From Salinivenus sp. (GTDB lineage Bacteria > Bacteroidota > Rhodothermia > Rhodothermales > Salinibacteraceae): DNA of 64,000 nt. The notes beneath the pieces were generated by a model. That model was given only the letters and a program-made list of their open reading frames with translations. It ran no database searches and had not been told where the DNA came from. Positions 22,470 through 31,938 of this stretch are shown in pieces; the first letter of the stretch is position 1; the number at the start of each line of letters is the position of its first letter. The stretch spans positions 3,040-67,039 of the forward strand of contig JBKHEM010000001.1 of the NCBI GenBank assembly GCA_046540815.1, read 5' to 3'. The position numbers and the translations under genes are program-made.

Positions 22470-23834
22470 TTGAGCCTCACCGTCGTAGCGAACCGGGTGC
22501 CCATTCGACAAACCGAGGACGGTTGGGAAACCTCCGTCGGCGGCCTGACCACGGCCTTGCTTCCTGTGCTGGAAGGGCAGGGGGGCGTGTGGGTGGGCAT
22601 GGGGGAGGATCCCGACCTGCCCGAACGGCAGGAGTACCCCGCGGATGATCCCGACTTTGTGGTCCGTCGCGTGCCCCTCAGCACCGAAGAACTCGACGGC
22701 TATTATTACGGGATGGCGAACCAAATCCTCTGGCCGCTCTCGCACTATCTCATTCAGCACCTGGAGCTCAACGAGGACTTTATCGAGACCTACCGGCAGG
22801 TCAACCGGCGTTTCGCCGACGCGGTGCTTGAGGAGACCGACGTGGGGGCGGATCAGACCATCTGGATTCAGGACTACCACCAGATGCTCTCGCCCGGCTA
22901 CATTCGGGAGAAGCGCCCCGACGCCACGATTGGTCTGTTTTGGCACATTCCGTGGCCGGCGATGGAGGTCTTCCGCATCCTTCCGTGGTCGCGGGAACTG
23001 CTCCGCGGGATGTTGGGCTGCGACTTGATTGGCTTTCACGTCGAGGAGTACGTCGACAACTTTCTGGAGAGTGCGGAGACGCTGCTCGGCGCCGAGGTGG
23101 AGGGCAACGTCATTCGGTACAACGGCCGCGAGACGCGTGCGGAGGCCCACCCCATCGGCATCGACGTGGAGCGGTTCAAACGCATGGCCCACGACCCGTC
23201 GATTGAGGAGGAGGCCCAGAAATTCCGGGACCGTCTGGGTACGGACTACGTGGTGATCGGGATTGACCGGCTCGACTACACGAAAGGCATCCACTCGCGA
23301 ATGCTGGCCTTCGAGGAGTTCTTGGAGGACAACCCCGAGTATCACGGCAAGGTCAGCTTCTTTCAGATTGCCACCCCCAGCCGCACAGAACTGCAGTCCT
23401 ACCAGCAGATCCGGCGCGAGGTCGACGAGGTGGTGGGGCGCATCAACGGGCGCTTTGCGCGGGAGAGCTGGGTGCCGGTGAACTATCGCTACCGCACCTA
23501 CACGCAGTACGAGCTGTGCACCTTCTACCGCGCGGCCGACGCCGCGCTCATCACGCCCCTCCGCGACGGCATGAACGTTGTGACGCAGGAGTTTGTCACT
23601 GCCACGCAGGATGGGGTGCTCATTCTCTCGGAGCTGACGGGCGCGGCCTATCTGCTCCCCGAGGCCGTGCAGGTCAACCCGTATGATCAAACCGGCCTGG
23701 CCCAGTCCATCAAAGCGGCGCTGGAAATGCCGCACGCAGAAAAAACGGAGCGCCTACAGGGACTGAAGAAAACCATCGAATCGCTCGACGTGCACCGCTG
23801 GGCCGATGGCTTTCTGAACGCGCTCCGCGGGTAG
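22470..23834 (+). CDS. otsA: trehalose-6-phosphate synthase
   Basis: VVANRVP, GGL, LWPLSHY, WIQDYH, FWHIPWP, DRLDYTKG, TPLRDGMN. Probable TTG start. Confidence 0.95.
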   Translation: MSLTVVANRVPIRQTEDGWETSVGGLTTALLPVLEGQGGVWVGMGEDPDLPERQEYPADDPDFVVRRVPLSTEELDGYYYGMANQILWPLSHYLIQHLELNEDFIETYRQVNRRFADAVLEETDVGADQTIWIQDYHQMLSPGYIREKRPDATIGLFWHIPWPAMEVFRILPWSRELLRGMLGCDLIGFHVEEYVDNFLESAETLLGAEVEGNVIRYNGRETRAEAHPIGIDVERFKRMAHDPSIEEEAQKFRDRLGTDYVVIGIDRLDYTKGIHSRMLAFEEFLEDNPEYHGKVSFFQIATPSRTELQSYQQIRREVDEVVGRINGRFARESWVPVNYRYRTYTQYELCTFYRAADAALITPLRDGMNVVTQEFVTATQDGVLILSELTGAAYLLPEAVQVNPYDQTGLAQSIKAALEMPHAEKTERLQGLKKTIESLDVHRWADGFLNALRG

Positions 23835-23873
23835 GCAGGGCCCACACTGGACTGTCCTCAATCGTTAAACGTC

Positions 23874-24572
23874 ATGCCCCCCGTTTCGGAGCGCCCCCTA
23901 TTCTTCCTGGACTACGATGGGACGCTCGCCCCCATTGTCGATGACCCCGACGCCGCGGTGCCCCACCCGGACGTCCCGGCGTTGCTTCGACAACTCGACG
24001 CGCAGTTCCCGCTCTGGATTGTGACGGGCCGCGACATCGAGGCGCTGTCCCGGTTTCTCGACCGCCCGTACCGCGCCATCGGGCTGCACGGGGCGCAGGA
24101 AGGCACGGTGGGTGGCGAAACGCGCCAGCTGTTGCCCGAGGAGGCGATCCAGGCCCTCCGTCGGCTACGCCGGACCGTGCCGTCGATGGACGGACTTCGC
24201 GTGGAGGAGAAGAACCAGACGTTTGCGGTTCATTACCGCGAGGTCGCCGACGAGGCGGAGGCAAAAGAACGTCTTCGCGAATGGCTCGTCGATCTACCGG
24301 ACGTGCTGGATGCAGTATGGGGAAAAAAGGTGGTGGAGCTGCGCCCCGCCGGCCTCACGAAGGGCACGGCGGTCGAGCGAATCGCAAACGAGCACCCCGA
24401 TCACACGCCGGTCTACCTCGGCGACGACACGACGGACGAAGATGCGTTCGAGGCCCTCCAGGCGCGGGACGCCCAGACCGTTACGGTGAAAGTGGGAGAG
24501 GGGGAGACGCGGGCTTCGTATCGCCTGTCCGGTCCCGATGCCGTTGCGCGCTACCTGAGTCGGTATCTCTGA
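23874..24572 (+). CDS. otsB: trehalose-6-phosphate phosphatase (HAD IIB)
   Basis: LDYDGTLAPI, VTGR, GKKVVELRP, TKG, GDDTTDEDAF. Follows otsA. Confidence 0.95.
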   Translation: MPPVSERPLFFLDYDGTLAPIVDDPDAAVPHPDVPALLRQLDAQFPLWIVTGRDIEALSRFLDRPYRAIGLHGAQEGTVGGETRQLLPEEAIQALRRLRRTVPSMDGLRVEEKNQTFAVHYREVADEAEAKERLREWLVDLPDVLDAVWGKKVVELRPAGLTKGTAVERIANEHPDHTPVYLGDDTTDEDAFEALQARDAQTVTVKVGEGETRASYRLSGPDAVARYLSRYL

Positions 24573-24585
24573 CTCTCGATACGGC

Positions 24586-25227
24586 TTACGTGGGCAGACC
24601 GGCGTCCTCAACGAGTGCCAGCAGCTCGGACAGCATCATGGCGGTGGCGCCCCACACCGTGTGTCCCGCCACGTTGTAATAGGGCACGTTCACGTCCTCT
24701 CCGTTCAACGTCCAGGTCTCGACGTGATGAGTCTGTGGGTCGAGCAGGTGATGCAGGGGAGCGCGCAGAATCTCCGCCACTTCCCGATCCGTGGGCCGAA
24801 GGGCCGGGGCTTTCTCGACCGTTCCCACGAACGGATGAACACAGAAATTGGACGGCGGGATGTAGAGAGGAGTGAGGCCGCCCAGCAATCGAACGGACGA
24901 GGGGCGAAGGGCAATCTCCTCGTGGGCCTCGCGAAGGGCGGCGTCCCGGAGCGATTCTCCGTCCTCGCGCTCGCCGCCCGGAAATGAGACCTGGCCGGCG
25001 TGATCGGTCAGGTCCTCGCGCCGCACCGTGAGTACCACCGACGGCATGTCGTCGTAGGGCAGCAGGAGCGCCAGGGCCCCGGCCTCTCGGCAGGCCCGTT
25101 CCTCCACCGACAGGGCCGTCTGGCGCATGTCGTAGCGTGGAGCCATCCGCAGATGGGCCTCGTGGCCCGGAAGCGGGCGCTGGAGACGAGTGGACAGCCG
25201 GTCGAGAAACGAAACGGAAAACGTCAT
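24586..25227 (-). CDS. CoA pyrophosphatase (Nudix, NudL/PCD1 type)
   Basis: LTVRREDLTDHAGQVSFPGG, ALREAHEEIAL, VWGATAMML. Confidence 0.9.
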   Translation of the reverse strand: MTFSVSFLDRLSTRLQRPLPGHEAHLRMAPRYDMRQTALSVEERACREAGALALLLPYDDMPSVVLTVRREDLTDHAGQVSFPGGEREDGESLRDAALREAHEEIALRPSSVRLLGGLTPLYIPPSNFCVHPFVGTVEKAPALRPTDREVAEILRAPLHHLLDPQTHHVETWTLNGEDVNVPYYNVAGHTVWGATAMMLSELLALVEDAGLPT

Positions 25228-25402
25228 ATCATCCCTCGACAAGACGCCGAGCAGGGAGAGGTTCCAGGACGCACGTCCGCAAAAAAACGCCCCTGGCCGG
25301 AGCAGACCGGTCAGGGGCGCAATTGGGGCTTCGGCCCACCACTGAAGCCGACGCACTGAGCTCCAAACGAGAGCTCGGGCGAATCAGGTCAGAGACATCA
25401 CC

Positions 25403-25846
25403 TTACTTGATGTCGATCTGCCGGGGCTTCACGTCCTCCGTCTTCGGGACGGAGATGGTGAGGACGCCGTGTTCGTATGTGGCGCTAATCTTGTCGGCAT
25501 GCACCGTCTGAGGGAGGGTAAAGGAGCGGTAGAAGTGGCCGAAGGGGCGCTCGACGCGCACGTATTCGGCCTCGTTCCCGGACCGGTCACTGGTCCGTTC
25601 CCCGCTTACGGTAAGCTCGCTGTCCTGGTAGTTAATCTTGAGGTCTTCCTTGCGCATTCCGGGCAGGTCGAGGTGGATGTGATAGGCCTCCTCCGTTTCG
25701 GTGAGGTCGGTGCGCGGGGCCCAGACGGCTTGCTGGGAGGAGCGGTTTTCCTCCTCGTTCTGCGAGGGAAAGAAGCGGCTAAACACGCGGTCCATCTCGC
25801 GCTGGAGGTCGTTCAGGGTGCGGGTGCGGCGGGTCATACCAGTCAT
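25403..25846 (-). CDS. small heat-shock protein (Hsp20/alpha-crystallin)
   Basis: WAPRTDLTET, DLPG, LTVSGER, ERPFGHFYRSFTLP, YEHGVLTISVPK. Confidence 0.95.
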   Translation of the reverse strand: MTGMTRRTRTLNDLQREMDRVFSRFFPSQNEEENRSSQQAVWAPRTDLTETEEAYHIHLDLPGMRKEDLKINYQDSELTVSGERTSDRSGNEAEYVRVERPFGHFYRSFTLPQTVHADKISATYEHGVLTISVPKTEDVKPRQIDIK

Positions 25847-25939
25847 GGCAATTGAGGGGTTAGTTTAGAAGAAAAGCGGAGCGGAGCATGGCAGCCCGTA
25901 GCGGCCATGTCTCCGCGCGAGAACGCAATTCTTCTTCAA

Positions 25940-25956
25940 TACAACCCTCGTACCAA
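25940..25956 (-). promoter_or_regulatory. possible sigma54 (-24/-12) promoter of hsp20
   Basis: Minus strand reads TTGGTACGagggTTGTA versus the consensus TGGCACG-N4-TTGCW. The -12 GC is GT here. Confidence 0.45.
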
Positions 25957-26104
25957 CTTGAAACCCGGGCCCACGTGATCTGCCAGAGTGGCGGAGCATG
26001 CGACGAGATGACAATCGCGGGCCCAGCGTGGAGAACTTGTGACAAGTGGTGCGCGCCGGCCGCTGCCACCGCGTCCGCCCGACTGACGATCCGCCAGTGC
26101 GGCG

Positions 26105-27382
26105 CTACTGGCAGGACGCAGGGCGCACGGTGCCCTCTACTGCACCGAACCCGATGTGGTAGCCGTCGCCAGTGGCCTGCCCACGCATCACCACGCGGTC
26201 GCCGTCCTCCAGAAACGAGCGTGTCTCGCCGCCGGGCAACTCTACGGGCTCTTGCCCGCGCCACGATAGCTCCAGCATGCTTCCATAGCTGTCCGGCGTG
26301 GGGCCGCTGATGGTGCCGGAGGCCAGGAGATCGCCCGGCCGCACGTTGCAGCCATTAACGGTGTGGTGGGCCAGTTGCTGGCACACCGTCCAGTACATGT
26401 GGCGAAAGTTGGTCTCGCAGACCGTGTACGGCGCGTCCATCGAGGGCGTCTGCAGGCCCACATCGAGGTCCACGTCGAAGGTCCAGTCCTCCTCCTGCTG
26501 CAGGTAGTCGAGCGGCTCGGGGTCCTGGGGAGGGCCCGGAACGCGGAAGGGGAGCAGTGCGGCCGTCGGCACGATCCAGGGCGAGATGGAGGTGGCGAAG
26601 CTTTTGCCGAGGAAGGGGCCGAGCGGTTCGTACTCCCAGCCCTGAATGTCACGAGCGCTCCAGTCGTTGACGAGGCAGAAGCCGAAAATGTGCTTCGGTG
26701 TGTCTTCGATCGGGATGGGCGTCTCCCGTTCGTTGCCGGGGCCGACGAAAAAGCCCACCTCCAGCTCAAAGTCGAGCAGCTTCGTGGGGCCGTACACCGG
26801 AGGGGCGTCGGCGTCGGGGCGCGTTTGACCGCAGGGGCGCCGCACGTCCTCGCCGCTCAGGATGACGCTGCTGGCCCGGCCGTGGTACCCAACCGGCAGG
26901 TGCTTCCAGTTGGGCTTGAGGGCATTCTCGGGGTCCCGAAACATCGAACCTACGTTCCGGGCGTGGTGCTCCGACGAGTAAAAGTCCGTGTAGTCCCCCA
27001 CGTCCACCGGCATTTTCATGGTTACCTCCGCGCGATCGTGGAGGGCGCGGGACTGCAGCGATTTGTTGTCGCGCAGCGCCGGGGTGTCGTCGCGGAGCAA
27101 CTGTTGGAGGCGCTCCCGTACGGCTGCCCACGCTTCGGGGCCGAGGGCCATGAAGGCGTTGAGGGTCGTCTCGGAGAACGGCTGTGCGGCCGCAATCTCG
27201 GGGTGGTCGAAGTGCTTCTCCCGCTGGAGGACGGACAGGTCGAGCACGCGATCGCCAATGGCGACCCCGACCCGGGACGTGGACGCGTCCGGGGGGACGA
27301 AGACGCCATAGGGAAGGTTCTGGATGGGGAAGGGGCTCTTGGCCGGGATGTCGAGAAACGTCGTGAGGGGCGCTTGGGCCAT
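26105..27382 (-). CDS. fahA: fumarylacetoacetase
   Basis: FPIQNLPYGVF, DYTDFYSS, PVGYHGRASS, LDFELE, NDWSARDIQGWEY, GDLLASGTISG. Confidence 0.96.
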   Translation of the reverse strand: MAQAPLTTFLDIPAKSPFPIQNLPYGVFVPPDASTSRVGVAIGDRVLDLSVLQREKHFDHPEIAAAQPFSETTLNAFMALGPEAWAAVRERLQQLLRDDTPALRDNKSLQSRALHDRAEVTMKMPVDVGDYTDFYSSEHHARNVGSMFRDPENALKPNWKHLPVGYHGRASSVILSGEDVRRPCGQTRPDADAPPVYGPTKLLDFELEVGFFVGPGNERETPIPIEDTPKHIFGFCLVNDWSARDIQGWEYEPLGPFLGKSFATSISPWIVPTAALLPFRVPGPPQDPEPLDYLQQEEDWTFDVDLDVGLQTPSMDAPYTVCETNFRHMYWTVCQQLAHHTVNGCNVRPGDLLASGTISGPTPDSYGSMLELSWRGQEPVELPGGETRSFLEDGDRVVMRGQATGDGYHIGFGAVEGTVRPASCQ

Positions 27383-27499
27383 TGAACCAGTGTTGGGACG
27401 TGTAGAAAGAGTAGATGGAACAGCAGAGCGCGAAGGGCCTCGGGGCCGGTCGGCCGATTCACCCGAGACGGCGGATGGGGACGCTTGGGTCCTCGGACG

Positions 27500-28501
27500 C
27501 TACAGCAGATCCAGGTCCCGGAGGTGGTCAACCGGTTCCTCGAAGCTGCAGCTGCCAAATGAAAGGGCAAGATCCTCGCGGGTGTGGCGGATGCTGTCAA
27601 GGGGAACGGACGCGTTGCGCCAGGCAAAGCGTTCTTTGAGGAACTGGAAGTTGGACGCGTCTTCGTCGCGCAGGATGGGGATGAGCTCGTCGGCGTCCAG
27701 CGCGTGCTCACTGGCAACGGCAGCGGCGGCAAAGATATTGAGGAAGCCGTGCATCTCGGCGTCGAACCCATCGTCGTAGTGGCGGAGGGGATGGTGAAGG
27801 CCCGCCGTCGCCTTGAACGAAGTGCCGGCGTCGCGGGAAGCGACAATGAGGGCCGCCACCTGCTCCACGCTGGGAATGTCGCTCGGTTCGGCCCCGCCAC
27901 ATCGAATTTTGAGGCCGACAGTGGAGCGGGCCGGGACGGCCTGGCGACTGTTGTGGTCGGCCACGGCCGCACATAGGGGCCGAAGGCGCTCGATACCGTC
28001 GGCGGCCGACACTTCGAAGAAAAAGTCAAGTTGTGCGGTCCCGTCGGCCACCACCTGCCGCTGGACATTCTCGAAAAAGGACCGGAGGGTCGGTTCCGGG
28101 CTGCCCGTAAGGGAAGACGGAAGCGGGACTTCCATTACGTCCACTATGGCCTGCCCGCCGTACTCCTCGTCGAAGCTATCGATGACCTCCAGGTCACGTC
28201 CGAGGGCGCTGAGGAAACTGTCGGGGTCTTCGCCCCCCGTGCCGAGTACTGAGAACCGGTACGGGTCGCCGGTAGAGAAGTAGCGGTGGAACGGGGACAG
28301 GTCGGGAAGGCGGCGCACCGGCAAGACAAAGCGGGACAGCATCCACGCCTCCGACTCCTCCCGGTAGGAGGCGTAGTTCTGGAGGGCGCGACGGAGCGAC
28401 AAGTCAGCTGGAGGGAAGAGGCCGGCGTAGTCGACGATCCCACGCAGCAGGGCCCGAAGGCTTGGCGGAATGGCCGGGTCGGAGGTTTCGGTCGACTCCA
28501 T
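27500..28501 (-). CDS. conserved hypothetical protein, probably an enzyme (DYAGLFPP / FKATAGLHHP motifs)
   Basis: Globular acidic protein with GIVDYAGLFPPA, LKIRCGG, FKATAGLHHP, HGFLN, SFGSCSFEEP. Co-oriented directly upstream of fahA. Confidence 0.8.
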   Translation of the reverse strand: MESTETSDPAIPPSLRALLRGIVDYAGLFPPADLSLRRALQNYASYREESEAWMLSRFVLPVRRLPDLSPFHRYFSTGDPYRFSVLGTGGEDPDSFLSALGRDLEVIDSFDEEYGGQAIVDVMEVPLPSSLTGSPEPTLRSFFENVQRQVVADGTAQLDFFFEVSAADGIERLRPLCAAVADHNSRQAVPARSTVGLKIRCGGAEPSDIPSVEQVAALIVASRDAGTSFKATAGLHHPLRHYDDGFDAEMHGFLNIFAAAAVASEHALDADELIPILRDEDASNFQFLKERFAWRNASVPLDSIRHTREDLALSFGSCSFEEPVDHLRDLDLL

Positions 28502-28630
28502 AACAGAGAGGGGAGCATTGAGGGAAGGCCGTGCCCCGACGGGGAAGGGAGGAGCGCTTGTAAGTAAGCGATTCCGGGGGTCAGTTACAACGGGGAACAC
28601 CGTCGTTATACTGAGTTCACGAAGCCATGA

Positions 28631-28646
28631 TGGAAATGATTTTGCA
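28631..28646 (+). promoter_or_regulatory. possible sigma54 promoter upstream of the TPR lipoprotein gene
   Basis: TGGAAATGATTTTGCA has exact GG-N10-GC spacing with TTGCA at -12, in an AT-rich intergenic patch. Confidence 0.45.
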
Positions 28647-28813
28647 TCGGCTGGTTTTGGCTTGTAAGTTTTCTGCACCCACTACTGTCTTTGAACTGGG
28701 AGACGGCGAACAGAGACCGGCGCTGTGAGGACGGGCCCACATGTGCGGACTCGCCCGAGCCCCACGCGTACCGTCACGCATTTTGACCTGTTTTTTAGGA
28801 CCGACACGAACCT

Positions 28814-30085
28814 ATGATGACGACACGACGACCACTCCTCTCCTCGCTTTTTGCCACCGCCCTGGTGCTGGCCTTGATGGCGGGCTGCTCTGGAGGGAAT
28901 CCATTCATTAGCACCGCCGAGAGTGCGCTAGAGGACGAGAATTATGAACGCGCCTTGTCTAATGTTGACTCGGCCCTGGCCCAGGACTCGGCCAACGTAG
29001 AGGCTTATCAGATGCGGGCACAGATCCTGCGTCAGATGTCCGATACCACCATGGACCCCGATGAGTATCGGGACCTCTGGGTGCGTGCTCGGGAGGCAGA
29101 GGAACAGGCCATCGAGTTCGATTCCGGTGTCCGGGATGATATCGAAGGGCGGCGCGAACTCGCCTACTTTGAAGAATTTCAGCGTGGAGCCAATGCCTTT
29201 AATCGGGCCCAGGAGGAAAAAGATACTACGGCCTTCCGTGTGGCGGCGAACTCTTTTGGGGCTGCCGGAGCCACCCGCCCGGACTCTGCCGGTGCCCACC
29301 TGAATGAGGCCTACGCCCGGATTAACTTGGGCGAGCGCGAAGAGACCATTCCGGTCCTGGAACGCTACGTGGAATCGGCCGACACGATTGAATCGAATGC
29401 GTACGTTATTTTGGGGCGCCTGTACATCTCGGACGACCAAGTTGATAAATCCATCTCCCTCCTGGAGAAAGGCACGTCCGAATACCCGGATGATGATGAG
29501 ATGCAGTCGCTCCTTCTAAATGCTTATCAGGAGTCGGGCGATGCTGAGAAGGCCCTGGAGGCCTACCGGAAACAGGTGGAGAAGGAGCCGGACAATGCTA
29601 CCTTCCGATACAATTACGGCTCCTTACTGCTCAGCGAGGAGCGGAATGATGAGGCCATTGAGCAATTGCAGGAAGCAGTGGATCTTGACTCGGACAACAC
29701 AAAGGCACAGTACAACCTGGGGGCTGCGTTCGTGAACCGGGCGGTGGCGCAAAACGATAGCATCGCAGCGATCGAAGACGGTTTCCGCGAAGAGGATCGG
29801 GAGGCGTCGGAAGAAGAGGCACAGCGGATGAAGAAGTTCGCCCAGCAGCGGCAACAGGCCTTTGAGAATGCCATTCCGCCTCTCGAGCGCGCCCGGCAGA
29901 TGAGTGGCGAAGACGGTGACTACCGCGAAGATGCATGTCGCGCGCTCTTTCAGGCCTACGTTCAGACGGAGCGGTCAGAGCAGGCGGCCGAGGTGGAGGA
30001 GTGCGCAGGCTTTGAAGAAGGCCGCGCGGAAGAACTGAGGGAGGAACAAGAGGAGGCTCAGCAGCAGGGCGGTGGCGGAAACTAG
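28814..30085 (+). CDS. tetratricopeptide-repeat lipoprotein
   Basis: Lipobox MAGC and TPR-like helices (e.g. PDNATFRYNYGSLL, NTKAQYNLGAAF). Confidence 0.88.
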   Translation: MMTTRRPLLSSLFATALVLALMAGCSGGNPFISTAESALEDENYERALSNVDSALAQDSANVEAYQMRAQILRQMSDTTMDPDEYRDLWVRAREAEEQAIEFDSGVRDDIEGRRELAYFEEFQRGANAFNRAQEEKDTTAFRVAANSFGAAGATRPDSAGAHLNEAYARINLGEREETIPVLERYVESADTIESNAYVILGRLYISDDQVDKSISLLEKGTSEYPDDDEMQSLLLNAYQESGDAEKALEAYRKQVEKEPDNATFRYNYGSLLLSEERNDEAIEQLQEAVDLDSDNTKAQYNLGAAFVNRAVAQNDSIAAIEDGFREEDREASEEEAQRMKKFAQQRQQAFENAIPPLERARQMSGEDGDYREDACRALFQAYVQTERSEQAAEVEECAGFEEGRAEELREEQEEAQQQGGGGN

Positions 30086-30131
30086 CACGCCGGCCTCACG
30101 CTGCAGGGTGTCCTGCATTCGGCTCAAAACC

Positions 30132-30178
30132 ACAGAGCCCGGGCCCTCGCCCTCGTGGGTCCGGGCTTCTGTTGTTGA
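30132..30178 (+). terminator. probable intrinsic terminator
   Basis: AGCCCGGGCCC-loop-GGGTCCGGGCT followed by tctgttgtt. Confidence 0.55.
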
Positions 30179-30693
30179 GCGCAACGTCCCTCAGCACTTT
30201 CGCTCCGAGAATGCGTCTATGAGATCCGCGATGCCTCGGGATCTCCCGTATTGTCGCATCGAGCCCTGTACTGCACTTGGTTCTGTATCGACCCGCCGCC
30301 GAGCCGACGACCGCTGAGCCCTCTCCACTCACCTGGAAGCGCTCCAGATCAAATCTGGAACGACGACGTTCGCGTGATGAGGAACCTGGACGTGGGTTTG
30401 CGGATGGTCTATGGCTGCCCTGAGAGTCCTCGGTCGTACGCCACAGGCACCTCCTCGCTCTCGTTCAGGCGCTCTGGTCCGAGTGTTGTGATGTCGCGGA
30501 TCCCGCGCAAAGTGATTTCGGCATTCGCCACGTCGTTCGACTTCAGGGCCTCGCGTGAGCCTCCTCTTGCGGCTTCGACCACGGTGTGTACTCGCAGAGC
30601 CCGTCGGGTGCTGCACTCGTGTCGGCTGAACATCAATTCGCCGAAACCGCTTCTACAACGTTCATAGACACTCTCCTAGAGCCACCGTCCACC

Positions 30694-31884
30694 ATGACTG
30701 ATTCGTCTGCACCGTCCGCCGACTACGACATTCCCTCGGGGTTCGGCACACGGGCGGTTCACGCCGGGCAGGAGCCGGATCCGGCCACCGGGGCTGTGAT
30801 GACCCCCATTTATCAGAGCTCCACGTTTGCGCAGTCCGCGCCGGGAGAGCACCAGGGCTACGAATACTCCCGTGTCAGCAACCCCACCCGCACGGCCCTT
30901 GAGCAAAACCTGGCGGGCCTGGAAAATGCAGAGCACGGCGTGGCCTTTGCCTCCGGCGTTGCGGGCATCGACGCCATCCTGAAAGGGGGGCTGCGTCCCG
31001 GGGATCACGTCGTGGCGATGGATGACCTGTACGGGGGAACCTTTCGCCTCTTCAAGGAGGTGTTCGAGCCGTACGGTCTGGAGTTTTCGTTCGTGGACCT
31101 CACGGACCTGGACGCGGCAGCGGAGGCGTTTCGCTCGGAAACCGAACTACTGTGGATCGAAACGCCCACCAATCCTCTCCTCCGCATCGCCGATATTGAG
31201 GCGCTCTGCACCCTTGCCGATGCACAGGATGTGGACGTGGTGGTCGACAATACCTTTGCCTCCCCGTTCTTGCAGCAACCTCTTGCCCTGGGCGCCGACC
31301 TCGTTCTGCATTCCGCAACGAAGTACCTCGGCGGCCACTCCGATCTCATCCTCGGGGCCGTGTGCACCAACTCGGACGCGTGGGCGGAGACGCTCCGGTT
31401 TCAGGTGAAAAGTGCCGGGGCCTCGCCCGGGCCCATGGATTCGTTCCTCACGCTCCGCGGCACCAAGACGCTCCACCTCCGCATGGAGCGCCACTGCGAC
31501 AACGCCCGGCAGCTCGCGGACTTTCTCGACCACCACCCGAAGGTGGGCCGGGTTCGCTATCCGGGCCTTGCCGCGCATCCCGGGCACGAAACCGCGGCGC
31601 GGCAGATGGACGACTTTGGCGGCATGATCTCATTCGAGCTGGCTGACGACCGCGTGGAGGCCGCCCAGCAGGTGCTGGCGGGGACGGAGGTCTTTCTCCT
31701 CGCCGAAAGCCTGGGCGGGGTGGAAAGCCTCATCGAGCACCCGGCGTCCATGACGCACGCCTCCATTCCGCCAGAGGAGCGCCGGGCCATCGGCCTCACG
31801 GACTCGCTCATTCGCCTGTCGGTGGGGGTGGAAGACATCGACGATCTGCAGGCGGACCTCGACCAGGCGCTGGCGGGCGTGTAA
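30694..31884 (+). CDS. cystathionine gamma-lyase/gamma-synthase (Cys/Met PLP enzyme)
   Basis: YSRVSNPTR, DLYGGT, IETPTNP, VDNTFA, HSATKYLGGHSD, LAESLGGVESL. Confidence 0.95.
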   Translation: MTDSSAPSADYDIPSGFGTRAVHAGQEPDPATGAVMTPIYQSSTFAQSAPGEHQGYEYSRVSNPTRTALEQNLAGLENAEHGVAFASGVAGIDAILKGGLRPGDHVVAMDDLYGGTFRLFKEVFEPYGLEFSFVDLTDLDAAAEAFRSETELLWIETPTNPLLRIADIEALCTLADAQDVDVVVDNTFASPFLQQPLALGADLVLHSATKYLGGHSDLILGAVCTNSDAWAETLRFQVKSAGASPGPMDSFLTLRGTKTLHLRMERHCDNARQLADFLDHHPKVGRVRYPGLAAHPGHETAARQMDDFGGMISFELADDRVEAAQQVLAGTEVFLLAESLGGVESLIEHPASMTHASIPPEERRAIGLTDSLIRLSVGVEDIDDLQADLDQALAGV

Positions 31885-31938
31885 AGCCGCTCCTTCAGGC
31901 GAACCGGAAGGAGGCGAGGCCGACGACCGCTGAGCGAG

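Noticed and set aside
30190-30690. SAM riboswitch upstream of the Cys/Met gene
   Set aside because: Expected from context, but no SAM-I or SAM-II core motifs could be found by eye.
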